A stretch of 64,000 bases of DNA from assembly GCA_037379345.1 (NCBI GenBank), contig CM074516.1, positions 33,083,626-33,147,625 on the forward strand. The letters are read 5' to 3'. Of this stretch, positions 41,413 through 55,299 are shown piece after piece. A program made the position numbers and the translations under genes. Source of the stretch: Perna viridis (taxonomy: Eukaryota). The number at the start of each line of letters is the position of its first letter. Position 1 is the first letter of the stretch. The notes below the pieces were generated by a model, which was given only the letters and a program-made list of their open reading frames with translations, ran no database searches and was not told where the DNA came from.

Positions 41413-41573
41413 AGCGGATCCAGGGGGCTCCGGGGGATCCAGTCCCTTTATCAATTAGCAAAATTATGAAAAAAAGTATTTCTTGTGTGTAACAGTATGC
41501 ATTGAAATATGTTATCATGGATTTTTTGTGTCCCCGGGTGGGCTGCATCTGGCGATTCTCTGAATCCGCCACT
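41413..41573. mobile_element. Short GCGGATCC-type inverted-repeat element (degenerate relatives near 6075-6452, 17460-17620 and 46100-46240)
   Basis: Ends gcggatccag and ctgaatccgccactg; internal G/C runs. Confidence 0.5.
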
Positions 41574-44500
41574 GATAATACAGGAAATTCATAAAACAGG
41601 AACATCAGAAATTCAGCATACCCTCTCTTCCAGTCCGAGTCAAACGCCCATGATACTGGTAACTCCCGTGATTAAAATGAATTTTGTGTATAAAGGTGAT
41701 TTTTCAGGGATTTATCAATGTGTAATTAGTCTAGGAAACACGTAAATCAATTATTATAGTATTAAGCATTTCCAGTAAGTTAAACTCTACATTTATCAAG
41801 TCTATTTTCGTGTTAAAAGTCAATGTAACTATTAAGATTAATTAATGGTGTACAAAGAGTTCGAGCCAGATTATGGTTAATGACGTAAATGGAGGGATAG
41901 TGATTGTATAGACTAAAATAAGACTGCAATCTACAAGTTGGTTTGTTTATTGTATTTTCTCGTATATATGCATTCAAACTTGAAAAGGGATTTTTGTTAT
42001 CTCTGAGAAAGTATATGCAGGCTGCGAAAATTATTCATCTAAAAGAAAACAAGTCCGGGTTCAATTTAGTGAGCAAAAGTCGTAACATGAAATTTAATGC
42101 AAGTCTTTTCCAAAACAATCAAAACATTCCTTAGTACGAATTTGGGGAAGCTGTTTTAAGCATCGTTAGAGTTTTAGAGTTCTCCATTTTGAAGTTATAT
42201 GTTACTACATTAAAAATGTAAGGTCAGTCCCTGACTTCACCATCCGTCCAGTGACTGGAATGAATTTATATATACTATGGCGCCAAATCTTTTACCGATA
42301 TCGTGAAGCTGTATCAGAAGAATTTGATAAATGCGGATTAGAACAGCCTTGTTAAAACCGTTTACACGCCAGTGAAAAACAGAAGACAGGTGCAGTGTAC
42401 TTATTTCCGCTACGCATGTGCGACTGCGTCATGTTCAAGAAAAAACAGTAGCGTAATTATATTGGAAAGGTCAGTAGGCAGTGACCTGGGAACTTTTTAT
42501 CAGATCTGAAAACCAACAAATGGAGGTTAGGGAGATAAGACAACAGCCTAATTAAGCTTGCCAGTATTTATAGAATAAGAATGCTCCAAACATTGCCTAG
42601 CATACCCCGAACAGATAGGAAATTATACAGTTTTAGCTCATCGAACACGATTCGCTAATAAGCCATATGGGAGATGATAATGACGTGGTAAGACTACTAC
42701 TTGCTGGAAACGTTAAGGACATGACTAAAACAGTTTCATGATGAAGTTCTTTCTACAACGCACTGTATAATAAAATTCCTGTCTATCGTTCTGCTTATTT
42801 TTCGAATTAGTCATTAAGCACGTAAGGTATACTGACTACGTATTATATTTTTAAAAATTCTGTTAGAGTACTCAGATCTGCCATAAATCTGTTTCCAAAG
42901 ATGATACATATGTGTTTTGTATGGTATATGGATTTGATTTCCTGGAAACAACAGTTTACTTTGTTTCTGTTTCTAAATACATGGAACATAATCAAAGACA
43001 ACTTCCGTTATGCATTTTATAATAGTGTTCGTTACTATGTGCTACTAATAAACTGATATTCAGCGTTCATGTGCACCCTAAAACCCTTAATTGTTCTACA
43101 GATCGACCATGAATGTTTGAACAAAACCTTGCAAAAATCAAAAGACTTTAACAACCTTTATTGTAAGAACAATGCAGACCAAACTGTATAGCTATTTGCT
43201 ATTCGAGAAACACCTCCGGACCATACGATATGTATTTGTTCAGCGTGCAACCAGCAAAAAAGAAACAGTGCGAAAATTGAGCGTAGATATTGACCAAACC
43301 ATCGAAGCTGTTTGCATTGAATTAAATTTCTAAATTGCGGTTGGTTTCGTGAGTGATTACGTTTATGTGATCGATGGCCAGGGTCACTGGTGCACCTTTG
43401 GCAAGATAATTATATGACACAGGACACAAATTTGCGTACTTTTGTTCGCAGCCACTTTGCGTAACAGAAGGTTATAGGGTTTGTCATTTTTTTGGCCCAT
43501 TGATGGAAAGAAGGGATCGATTTTCTTCTTAAAATCTTGTAAAGATTCATCGAATAGAATCATAAGCTGTACTTGATGGTTCGGAAATACAACTGGAGCA
43601 CACAGCTAGACATTTTCCCCTTCAATAAATTCAGAGTATTACTTGCAATAGCAATTTATTGAGAAGAATGGAAGTTTTATAGAAAATACAAGCACGTTAT
43701 TTTAACCAGCGTTACAACACAGCGGTTTATTGAATTGAAAAGTAAAACAAAATTTGTCAATATTTGCTAAAATCGATCAATGGAGTTTTTAAATTGAACC
43801 AAGATATAACGGCTTTGGGACGTCGAAAGTTTGTTCTTTCAAAATTATAAAGATAACGACTCTAACACGAAAATATATGTCAAAAGCGGTAGATAAGGGT
43901 AATCATAACGCAGTGAATCATGGCTTTTCAACACAGGCTAATCTTAACACACCAAGACAGGCGATAAAAAACAATCTCCGTATTTTTCATAAAACTCTGT
44001 CAGGTTTTGTTGATGTATGGAGACGTATAACCTAAGGAACCCAGATTTATCGTGCCAAAACAATTTTCTTGGCAGAACATTGCAAAACACATCGTGACAA
44101 AAGCAATGTGAAAATATTCTTCACTTCATCACTGAATGTATGGAATTGTTTTCGCAGACGTTCAAAACATGTCAACGTAGTATTATGTTTCATTCAAGTA
44201 ATATTTCATAATGTAAGTGCAAAGGATCTGTAATTGTTCCTCATTACGCAATTGTGCATCGCGGTATGCATAAGCATGATAAGACATGCATGCATGCGAA
44301 TGGAAGAGGTCTCATTATGTGGCTATCCCTGCTCCGTTGTTCACTCATCATGCAGTATGTCACCAAAAAGTTAATTACGATAATAGATTTAATGAGCCAG
44401 TCATACAGTGCATCAGATTTCGCTTGTAGCTTTGGGTTGGGAGTTGTCTGTATTATTTTCCATTGAATATGTTATTTATGTTCCCTCATATACATACACT

Positions 44501-47500
44501 ATCGTTATTTACCATTTCTTTTTTCTATATCCTCCATTCAGTATTTAATAGTTTTCGGATCAGAATATACAACAGCGCAAACATACCAGTGACTGCAACG
44601 GGCACAATAATGAAATATAAGTAATTACATTTACAATTAGTGATATTCATTCTAAAATTGTCCAAACCAAACAGTATTTTATATGATTTTTAAATATTTT
44701 TTCGTTAATAGAATTAAAAATAACCTTCAACGAAACCATAGCCAATTTACAGTGTAAACAATATGACCCGATCAATGTTAATTTGATTTGAATCCGGGGG
44801 GGGGGGTGGGGGGTGGGGTACCAGGATCAAATAGTTTTTCCTGGATTTTATTTACATGATCATTTTCTTATTCGACATATTTCGGTCCGTATACCCCTCT
44901 TTATATAGATCTTATCAAAAATGAAATAGTTATTCCACCCGTGCAATCTGTTCTTGTTATAAACTCGGTGATAAATGAACTAGATGCAGTTTCCGTTGAT
45001 ATATCCCATCATCCCAATGTATAAACAATCCTCAGCCTAGAAGCACTCGATGTTCGACGTTTTGAGTAAGTGGGCACTTGTAACTTTAGTAATTCTACTA
45101 ATTATATACATACTATTTGCATTATCATTGAATAAGTGCTTTTTGGTACCTTCTGAATCCTTATCTCCTTTTCAGCAATCACTTATATACTTGTTATATC
45201 AGAGTCTTATCCTGTTTAAAATACTCGTAATATCTTTTTCATGTTTGAAATAAGATCCGAAATCTTTTGTTTGTAGTAGCAGTATGAAATCAGTTCCCTT
45301 TAGTTCTTTTACGAAAATGCTTATCTGGTTATCCTCAATGTGAGATATAATAGCTACATGTATTTAGTTTAAAGGTAGAAATTCTATCTTTAAGTATACA
45401 TTCTTCTCATACATGCATACATGTATTGTATAGATTTTTGTTTGCGTGTTGGTTAGTGCCTCTTCGGCGAATATCGTAAAAACTAAATGATATGGTATAT
45501 GTGTTAACATGCATATTTTTATGTCCTCCGCAGGAAAGATATAGATGTATATGTGGTTCAACCTGCAAATATTTTACCTAAGTTAGCGCTTTTCACCGAC
45601 CGTGGAGTTGTATTTTGGTTATATCTGTACTCTTGTACTTGATCAACTTTGCTATACCATCAATGTCACAGAATTATAAAACAATGTATACCTTCACACC
45701 AACCTTACTTGTATGATTACTGCACATTTACATCGTGTATTTAGATTATAGTAAACTAATTTTGAGGTAGTGTATTGAAGGACTATACAAAGCTCTTAAC
45801 TCATATATTTTAAAGAAAACATTCCTAATTTTCCCCTCCTAATCGGAGAAGGTATTTCTGCCATTAATTCTTATCGGTTTAGGTATGTAAGAAGTCAATA
45901 ATTATATTGTTAATCAATTCTGTCAAGATTTGGCAAGTTGTTATGAATAATGTTCAGAGTGTTTCCGATTTTGTTTTGGCATAACATGAATAGTTAACAT
46001 TATAATGCTCAACTATTTGGGAAATCTGGACTAAGTAACGAGCTAATCGTTGTGCACCACACATGTCGGTTGTGACTGTATGATCAAGTATACCTTAAAG
46101 GCTCAGGATATTTTGAAAACTGCGGGAGAGGATTCCGGGCATTATTTTGCTCATTTTTACCAGAATTTTACACAAAATTAGCAATTTTTTCAAATAAAAA
46201 GGGGGCTTAACCCCGGAATCCCGCTTCGATTCGCCACTGCCTTTTATGTAGAGTCCATAAATTACTCATCAGTCAATATTTCTATGATTTTATAAAAGAT
46301 ACTTGGTACCGCTAGTCTTGATCGCTGCTCAAAACTTATTTCACATAAGATGTTTCCGAGCTGAAGATACAAATCTTTTTTTTTAAATACATAACTGAGG
46401 TACAAAATTAATATTTCATGTACATGTATATTCTAGAAACTCACCATTTAACAAGGTTGAAAGGAATTAACCTTAGTATGTTGCTTCTACCTTTGACCTT
46501 GAAGGTGGTTGATCCCAAGGTGAATTTTGCACTTATGTTGAGTGAACTAAAGTACCCTTGCTTAGTGCCGTCCGGTTATAAGTAATAAAACATGGCGTCA
46601 ATTGGCACTGCATTCAGCGGACTGACAGCTTTATGGGACTCCATAATCAGTAGTTAGCGGACTGACAGTATTATTGTTATATTACCACACTCCCCGCTAC
46701 ATGCATATGGTTATAGTAATCATTTCTCAAATATTTACTCAAATCCATAAACCAGAAAAAATGTGTGTATTGCTTCTACAGAAAAACACAAATGATTATT
46801 TTGAACCAAACGTTGTTTAAGAGACAAGGGAATGCGAAATACATTTATCTCAGGATAGACAATGTGAAACACAACTGATTTACTTTTCTCTGTGAATTCT
46901 CCAGCGCATATTTGAAAGATGCTCGTTCTTAATCAAATATCAGCCAGCCATGGTTTCAGGAATAGAGCTCCACGTGCACAAGTTTTACATTTGCCGATTT
47001 CTCTCGCCCTTTTTTAAAAAAAAAAAAAAAAAAGAAAAACGAATATGTTGTATGCAGAACATTAGGCCTTTCACATTCTTGTTTTACAATCAACAACACC
47101 TATGGCCATAATGCTAATGTTAAATGTATTGAATCGTTGCTCACATTTTTGTGTTGATTTCCGGTTACTTTTCTAACCGTTCGTTCTCACCATACTCACT
47201 ACTCCCTATCATATCATTACTTCATCAATTGGAGGCTGCAAATTGTATGAAATTTTACCAGTAATGAAAACAAGTAACCCCCAACTTAATCTATGATGAA
47301 GAAATAACCTCATTTCAAATGTTTTCCTAAGAGTTCCTTTTATTAAAGCTGAACAATATTTAAAAATCTCCTTACAAATTTATCATTCTCGCAGCGTTAC
47401 TTAAAGTTACCTAACTATTCGGAAAGGATTTGTGAGACAGTAATAATAATACAACCATTATTCCAAACGAAAACCTTATACAAGGCGCTACAATAAAACA

Positions 47501-50500
47501 TCTCAAATGTTTTTAATTTGATTGTGTAAAATTTATGCTTTTTCATTTAGTTTCATGTGTCAGGCGATTAAACGCTTTCCTCCCTAATATTTTCTATCTT
47601 ATTGTGTGGCAGAATGTTACGTAGAATTTTTCACTGTGTACAGTTAATCGTTTTTATGAATGCATTCTTGTTTCAACAGTGATAAAAGTTAAATATGTTG
47701 CAATATTTTTATTTTGGCTGTTATCGAGAGTGTAGTTAGTTCACCCAATATCAAATGACTCCATCAGATGTAGTTAAGTAGACATAACTACATATTTTCG
47801 TGTATAAAACAACCATAACAGTTTTTAACAGTGTTTTCTTTCATTTCAATGTTTTACATACTTGTATTAATGAACTGAAACGAATTAACCGCTTTTTCGA
47901 AAATCAAGTCAAGAAATTGATTCCGAAAGGAGACATTAACTGGCCTAAGAGGCCCACTCCACTGATTGTCAATTTTCTACTTTATAATCAACCATAGTTC
48001 GGCCGCCTATGATTCAGAAAGGAAAAATTTTGTTTCACATTTCATGACCCATCGGCGTCAAAAAAGTTCATCGATAAAAAAATACTCTTTCTTCTTGATT
48101 GTAAATTAAGAGGACGGTAGATGCACATAGTACTGGTCAAAGGTTGTAATTGAATCAGGATATGAATTACGTACGTTGTGTTTGGGTATAAGACCATCTG
48201 GGAAATAGATAAACCGTCCTGCTTCAAAGCGCGGGAAGCCATAGCTGTGGTGACGTCGATGACAACAATTTTGTTTGACGCATTTAGGCATGTCGGACAT
48301 GCATGAAGCATGGACAGTCAGGTAAATGTATGACTTTCTACGTCAAATCAATGTGTTCTTTTATCATAATGTGGCCAAAAAAAAAAAAAAGATATCAGTG
48401 CAGACAAATTAAAATGTGCTACCATTTCTGGTGTTCTAGAATCACTCGCCATTCCACTTTTAACAATGATGGTAGTTGTGCAGTTATATAGTTGCTACAA
48501 AACTGTCGAGTCTATATGTTCAAATAAATTATTACCCAATTGTTTGTAGTTATAAAATATAATAGGTAGCCATTAAATCGTAAAATACTGATGATCATAA
48601 AGATAAATTATAGCCCTTGAACAGGTCTTAAACATCTTAGCTAAGTTATGAGGATGGAACGGAAGTTGAATCAGACCAGGCTGATAAAACCCATCTGACA
48701 TACCTAGTATATTATATCAATTTTGGGGTGGACTCAACTCGATAGCTCGTTTGAGCTTTTGTGACACAAGAAGGACGTTAATGTATAGCTTGGGGATAGC
48801 TTGATTTCGAAAGACTAGAACATTCTTAATTTTAAACTTATTTCTTACACTGAATACATTAAGACCGTGATTAATTTTTAGTTAATGATTGTTTGTAATG
48901 TACATTTCGTACTGTGGAAATAGCAAGTTCTTTAGTAAAACGCGTATAGCCTTGGCTATAATCATCCTTGATAAACGAAGAAGGCATTTGTTGAACAAAA
49001 TTCTCAGGCTGAGGGGTTTGAGTATTAGGTTTAGCAATCCTTCAGCTATTCTACCCTTTGAATGACTTCTACCGAGGAAAAAAAAATCAAAATTTTTATA
49101 ACAATATTATAACATCTTATATTTCGTTGCAAGTATAATTAAAAAAAATAATACTTTGGCACTTCATATAAGAGATACGTAGAATATAACTCAACATATT
49201 CTTTCCATGTTCTGCACCCATAAAACCCTAAACAAATTTGACATTCTACACCCCAAACCAGTCAAACGGACAGATGGAAAAATGAAACTTACAACCGTGA
49301 GGAAGAAATCGACATAACCTGTCAGTTATTAAGGCTACGTTTGCCATGTTATAAATATGTTAAATGGATAAAACAGATTTTTCTATCAATTAAAGTGACA
49401 AGAGGAACTTACTGGTTTTTAGGGCAAGCTAAAAGCTTGTTTTTAAGCAGTAACTAGTTCCATAGTAATGCATTCATGAGAATTTCACAGTATGGAAACC
49501 TAGTCAAAATTCTTGTCACTTCATACACGTAGAAAAATATTTCATTGGTTAGTAAATGATTATACTATATATTGAGATTGTATATAAAGTGTGGTTTATT
49601 ATTTTTTTCATTGAACATTTTTAAACATGAAGTTAATGATTGTTAATGCTTCTATATATCAATCCCTTCTTTAAATCAGTTTTTGTAAAGAAAAGAGGTC
49701 AAATCAAAATGAACCACCTGAAGTTATTCATAAAAATTTTACATCGAAACAACAGAAAATGATACCAGACCTAATATTTGGCTACATGATTTTAGCTGAC
49801 AGTTTAATTTAACTCAACCAGATCTATGTGTGTATAGTAAAACTTCGTCATACTGAAGTAAATTCATAATTTATATTGACAACATGTCCCAGAGTGCGAT
49901 TAAAACATAAGTGTCAATTATTGTAATTCATATTTTAAAATGCCCATTCAAATAATGAAAGAATGACTATAATATTTCATCAGTAATTCATTTCAATTAA
50001 TATTTCGAGATGACATGAGATTTTAAGACATGATTTGGAAAGCTGCTATAGCATATTGAAATGTATTTAAAGACACAATTTTTACAACTTCATAATTCGG
50101 TTAATGTTACAATAATTCATTATGACATTGATAGAAATAGAGATTCAAATCTCCATAAAATTGATGACATCATTATTGTTAAAATCTGTAATAACATAAT
50201 TATTGATGATTATTTCGCATTTAAGGGATTAAGAGTTGACTTTGTTAGGGTTGCGAATTAACTAAACAAGCAGGAAAACTTAGAAGACACTTTTTTTACA
50301 GAAAACAAAATGTCCTATTAACTTATGAAGGAAGTTTTACTGATAGGAGTACTGTTGATACAATATGAATGGAAATGTGTATCTTGGTATAAAATACGAG
50401 GCCATAGTAACCCTTCATCGTACAGGAAGTATTAACTTTTAACATCTAATGTTCATCATTTTCACAGAGAATTTTCTAATCCCTTTGTTTACATGTAACA

Positions 50501-53342
50501 TATTTTTCTAATTTCAGCTGTACTTGAGAATTACAATCTGGTGCTTAGACATAAAATTGAAATTGGATATTTTTTTCTGAAGACTAACTGGGGGATCTTA
50601 TTTACACCTAGACTCTGTTTAGCTTTACCAACAGATAAAACCCCTAACATTCTAAGTGTGATGTGCACAAGCTGGCCTTTAAATTAAGATACTGTAATAC
50701 TTATTTTTCCAATCTATATATTAATCATGTTAACATAAATATTTGAAAATTATATCCACTAAATCCTATTTCTTTATTGTATTGTTGTAATCTCGAACCT
50801 ATACAAAAATAATAAATATCCTATTCCTTGGCCCTTTCAGCGGGGTTCACAAAATTGTTAGTTCAGTGAGTGTACGGGCGTCAAAAAAGACACCTTAGAA
50901 ACAACACATTTTCGTGGTTGGACAGAATCAACTTTGGTTTTAAAAAGACTTGGAAAGGTAACAAAAATAATTCTACTAGTCCCAGTGACACCAGGTGTGT
51001 ATTAAAGTACTACTCAAATTAAAAATCATGCATTGAATGATCAACGACTTGGGCAATTTAAAAATTTTCATCAGAGTTGGGACAATTACATTATAGCAGT
51101 CCTAGATAGCTGAATCAATTATGACATGAAGTATCTGAAGTTTCATCTTCATTAAAAGGGGATAAAGCATGTTAATTGTGTAAATAGAATAACATTTTTA
51201 AATTCCCCTAGGTTTAAAGTAATCAAACTATATATAAAATTATTTTCTCAACAGAAAAACAAGGAGTCTTTAAACCTTTGAAAACTACTTGAATGCATGA
51301 TTTTTAAACTAAGTAGTATTTAAACCATTAATAATAGCAACCTATTATATTCTATAAGCAATACATTATCTAGTGTCAACATAATCTGATACTGAACCTT
51401 TTCCATGCCTGTCCCAAAGGCTAAAGCAATAATTATATCTGTTTAAGGTTTCTGTCTACATTTTCAGTGGTCCTAACTTGTAGAGAATCATATCTTAATT
51501 TATAAGTACAAGTATATAAAGACTTGATCCATTATATCTAAAGTATCATGAAGAAATATATGACAGACACTGGTGAAACTCAGAAAAGATAAGCCATAAA
51601 CTAGACCACGTTTTGTCAAGTAGTAACCTTAAACAGACATAAATGTTGACTTGGCCTTGCAAGAGGTTGAGATTTTGGGTATGCTAGAAAAACTAGTAGA
51701 CAAAGATCATTATTTTGACATATTTTATCTTTGACCATAAATAACAAGTTAAGGCAAATGAACAATAATTCGGGATATTGAACAATGTGAAAAAATGAAA
51801 AATAATAACATAATATGCGTTCTGGTTGAACAAATGACAAATGATAAGAAATTATTTATGGGATCATAAAACAATACCAACATTTTAAGCTGAACTTTTT
51901 TCATTACTTCACAGAACTGTCTCGGATTACAGGTAATAAACGTTACTTATCCAATTTTCACCTTTTTAAAACTGGTTTTAACATTTAATATAATCTAAAA
52001 GTTAGAAAACAGACTAAGTAGCAAAATAGATTGATTAAACCATGCCTAAGACTTTTTAAATTAAATTGTTTTTCAAATTCATCTGCATATTTTTGTATTT
52101 ATGAAACCAAGTTGTTCCAAGTGATGTAACCTTTTAAAACCAATTATGCCATGTAAGAAATTACTCTGATTAAGACCGTCTCTAAATCCAGGGAGGGAAC
52201 AGTTTTGACTCCAAACATCTTAACAAGAAAAAGTAGATAGAAACTGTCTGACAAATCCAATTAAAATACTTTTTCAAAAATTGGTTAACTTCTTGAATCA
52301 ATCATGCCGATGAAGAAAACGGTTCTGACGTTTTACAATCTTTCATTTGTGGCGTTGCTCAAGCTTAAATTCCCAAATGAAAACAATTTTACACAAACTG
52401 CACTTAATAAACTAGATAATTTGTTTTGTGTAAATAAACTTGATTTACAACGAAGTTTTTATTCAGATGTTGCAATTATTGAACCTAACGTTCTTATTTG
52501 AACCAAGAATTCTACTCTAAATTCCAAAATGTATTGAATATAATGTTGAAAAATGAGTCCTATTGATTTCCATTACTAAGTAAACAAGGGAATGAAAAAT
52601 TAGTCAAAATTCCATTGAATCTTGATAAAACTTGCAATATTGACAAACTCGCAAGACAGTTTCTAAAACAAAACCTGTTAAAAATTTCCCCAATTTTACG
52701 AGTTAAACATGGCATGTATGTTTATAACTAGATAATAAAGACCTATTACCCCACAGTTCTGTTCAGTAAATACAGTTACACTAAAAATGCATCGCATACC
52801 ACAGCGCGAGACGGCTAGATTAGATTTCAAATCTTCAGGGAGAACTTAAAGAGAATTTTTTTTTAACTTCGTTAATGGACTTGCATGTTATATACTGCCA
52901 ATCTCTAAAACACAAAATATAAATGTCAGTTACAACCAAGAAAATGCGGTAATAAATCTTTAACGAAAACTCAGCTTGAGACCCTTTCCTGTTTTTGTTT
53001 TTCTATAACATCCATATGCACATTTCCCGCTGCTTGGTAGTATGATTTTAATCCTAAAGATTTTTAAAAGATGAACATTTTATCATGAATGAAGGAAATT
53101 TGAACACAATCAACTCAATGAGAAAAGCTTTGATTTGACATAATTTCTCGTTATAAAGATAATACACACACAAAGATTACCCTTTTTCTAGTTTTGTTCA
53201 ACACACATATGTTGAATCGAGTATTTCACACAAAATACGTTTAACAAATATGCGACATCACAAACATAAATATAGCCCAGCCGTTTTAACATAACGTAAA
53301 TAACAACAACGCAACTACGTTATAACCTTGTAACGTAGGTTT

Positions 53343-55130
53343 CTATACTATCGTCTCACTATCTGCTTTAATGTATCGTTTCGTTTTGTCCACTCTAATT
53401 GCCCTGTTCTGTTGTTTAACTGGAATTTGTTGGTAGTGATGTTGTGGAACGGTGTACTCGTAATGTTTTCGTTCAGGTTTTTTGTTGGAGCACAATTTTC
53501 CTACGAAATTTCGCCACGAGTTTATTGTTTTCGTGCACCAAATCCACATACCACTAGTAATTCCTACGACTAAGCACATGAATATTTTTAACATAAAAAT
53601 TTCAATCTTTGGTGAACTATTGGGATAATATTTCGAATACCACGATTCTCTGTTTGTGTATTCATAGAAATAACATGCAATTACACATGCAGCTGGAACT
53701 GTATATAAGACGGAAAAGATCCCTATTCGGACCATAAGCACTTCCAATTTATCTGTTTTCACCCCATCATTCCTTACTTGTTTTCTGATTCTAAATAAAG
53801 CTACAAATCCCGCGACTAGGAAAGTTATTCCAATAAAGAGGTAGACTAGTAAAGGCGCTATTACGAAACCTAACAATGTTCTTGGGTTTTGGTTTCCTAC
53901 GTAACAAATACCAGTCAATTCGTCAGCATCAACGTCTCTCATGACTAAAATTACGATTGTTTTAATTGCTGGTACAGCCCAAGCCGCTAAATGGAAGTAA
54001 CTACTATGAACTTCGATGGCCTCATGGCCCCACTTCAGTCCAGCGGCTAGAAACCATGTAAATGTCAAAATGACCCACCAGAGTGAGCTTGCAGTTCCGA
54101 AAAAGTAGAGTAATAGAAACACTATAGCACAATCCGTATTCTCTAGTCCCTCTTGAATTAAAATCCCTAGGGAATTCTGTGGGTTGGTGACTGATGGGTC
54201 TGTATCACAGGCGATGGATTCTCGTCCTGCAATGAGTCTTACAATAAATGCAATACTAAAAACATTGAAGCACATTGACAGAAAAATTATAGGTTTCTCC
54301 GGATAACGAAATCTATGCGTCTCGATGGCATACGTTAGTATTGTAAATAAAGTGGATACAAAGCACAGCCCGGCCCAAATAGCCATCCAAATATCGGCGA
54401 AGTATTTGTCCTCGGCAGTAAAGGCGTCGTCATACCCACACTGTAATGCACAACGGTCAGTTCTGTTGATGTACGTGTACATTTTGCTATGTTTATAATC
54501 CATACATTTTAATTTACTTAGAGTGTTCCAGTCTGTGTGAAGGGACGGCATGAGCTGAGTTGGGTAGATTCGATTTCCCCCAGGTCGCAGGTTCCCAATG
54601 TTATTCTTATTACCTCCTGGTTGGTTCCAAGGAGGGATGCCTCCTGGTCGAGGCCGACGGGTTGGAACATCGTCTTCTTCTCCTGGTCCATCCATACACA
54701 TGTTATTTTGATCGTTCTTTGGTGGAAATTTTGAGCAATTCAGTGCCGCGGGCCACGGAAAACCAAACTCATTTAGAACTGGCCTGCATCGTTTCTGAAC
54801 ACTGAGACACATAGGTCTACATGGCCCAATAGGTTCCATAACTTTTTCAGTACACATTGGAACGTATACAGAACACAGAAAAAATTTCAGTTGCTTTGAG
54901 CACCCGTATTGAATCAGTGGTGTAAATGTTTGAAGTTGAAGCTCTGCATCTTGTTGTAAATCATGTCCGACTAAATTCGGCATACCCGTAACGTTATATC
55001 CCAATCCCTTACACATGTCTATTCGGATAGGGTCACATTTCCTGACGATTTCGGTCCCAAATGAATAAAATCCCTTCGGCAGGAGTGCACAAATAAAGCC
55101 TGTCAGCACCACACGTGTTATGAATTCCAT
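53343..55130 (-). CDS. FZD4: Frizzled-4 Wnt receptor, 595 aa, intronless CDS
   Basis: Hydrophobic signal peptide from M(EFITRVV) in a GCCATGG Kozak context. The 10-Cys CRD ([47 protein letters not shown]...) is very close to vertebrate FZD4. 7TM domain with [12 protein letters not shown] and [12 protein letters not shown], KTxxxW motif (KTINSW), and PDZ ligand ETIV (human FZD4: ETVV). Confidence 0.97.
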   Translation of the reverse strand: MEFITRVVLTGFICALLPKGFYSFGTEIVRKCDPIRIDMCKGLGYNVTGMPNLVGHDLQQDAELQLQTFTPLIQYGCSKQLKFFLCSVYVPMCTEKVMEPIGPCRPMCLSVQKRCRPVLNEFGFPWPAALNCSKFPPKNDQNNMCMDGPGEEDDVPTRRPRPGGIPPWNQPGGNKNNIGNLRPGGNRIYPTQLMPSLHTDWNTLSKLKCMDYKHSKMYTYINRTDRCALQCGYDDAFTAEDKYFADIWMAIWAGLCFVSTLFTILTYAIETHRFRYPEKPIIFLSMCFNVFSIAFIVRLIAGRESIACDTDPSVTNPQNSLGILIQEGLENTDCAIVFLLLYFFGTASSLWWVILTFTWFLAAGLKWGHEAIEVHSSYFHLAAWAVPAIKTIVILVMRDVDADELTGICYVGNQNPRTLLGFVIAPLLVYLFIGITFLVAGFVALFRIRKQVRNDGVKTDKLEVLMVRIGIFSVLYTVPAACVIACYFYEYTNRESWYSKYYPNSSPKIEIFMLKIFMCLVVGITSGMWIWCTKTINSWRNFVGKLCSNKKPERKHYEYTVPQHHYQQIPVKQQNRAIRVDKTKRYIKADSETIV

Positions 55131-55299
55131 GGCAATTATTACCAGTAAATTACATAAGTTGCAATTAATAGTCTTTAATATCTGACTGATCACTTAAATG
55201 CGAATTAAATCCACATAATGTTCGTTACTTCTCCTCCCATCGCCGTATGCTTTAAGTAAACACTTCAGCATAACTGCACAACGTTTTCTCTGAGTGTAA

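Noticed and set aside
48042-48311. GC-richer ORFs, including MPKCVKQNC...GFP, as a THAP domain or an extra gene
   Set aside because: The conserved Trp and C-terminal CxxHF of THAP are missing, and I see no recognisable homology or consistent exon structure.
54537-54805. Alternative-frame and antisense ORFs within FZD4
   Set aside because: Expected by-products of a GC-richer coding segment; no recognisable domain.
55131-55193. 616-aa Frizzled starting at 55193, as in the ORF track
   Set aside because: That start is GTG. The ATG at 55130 has a GCCATGG context and begins a plausible signal peptide.
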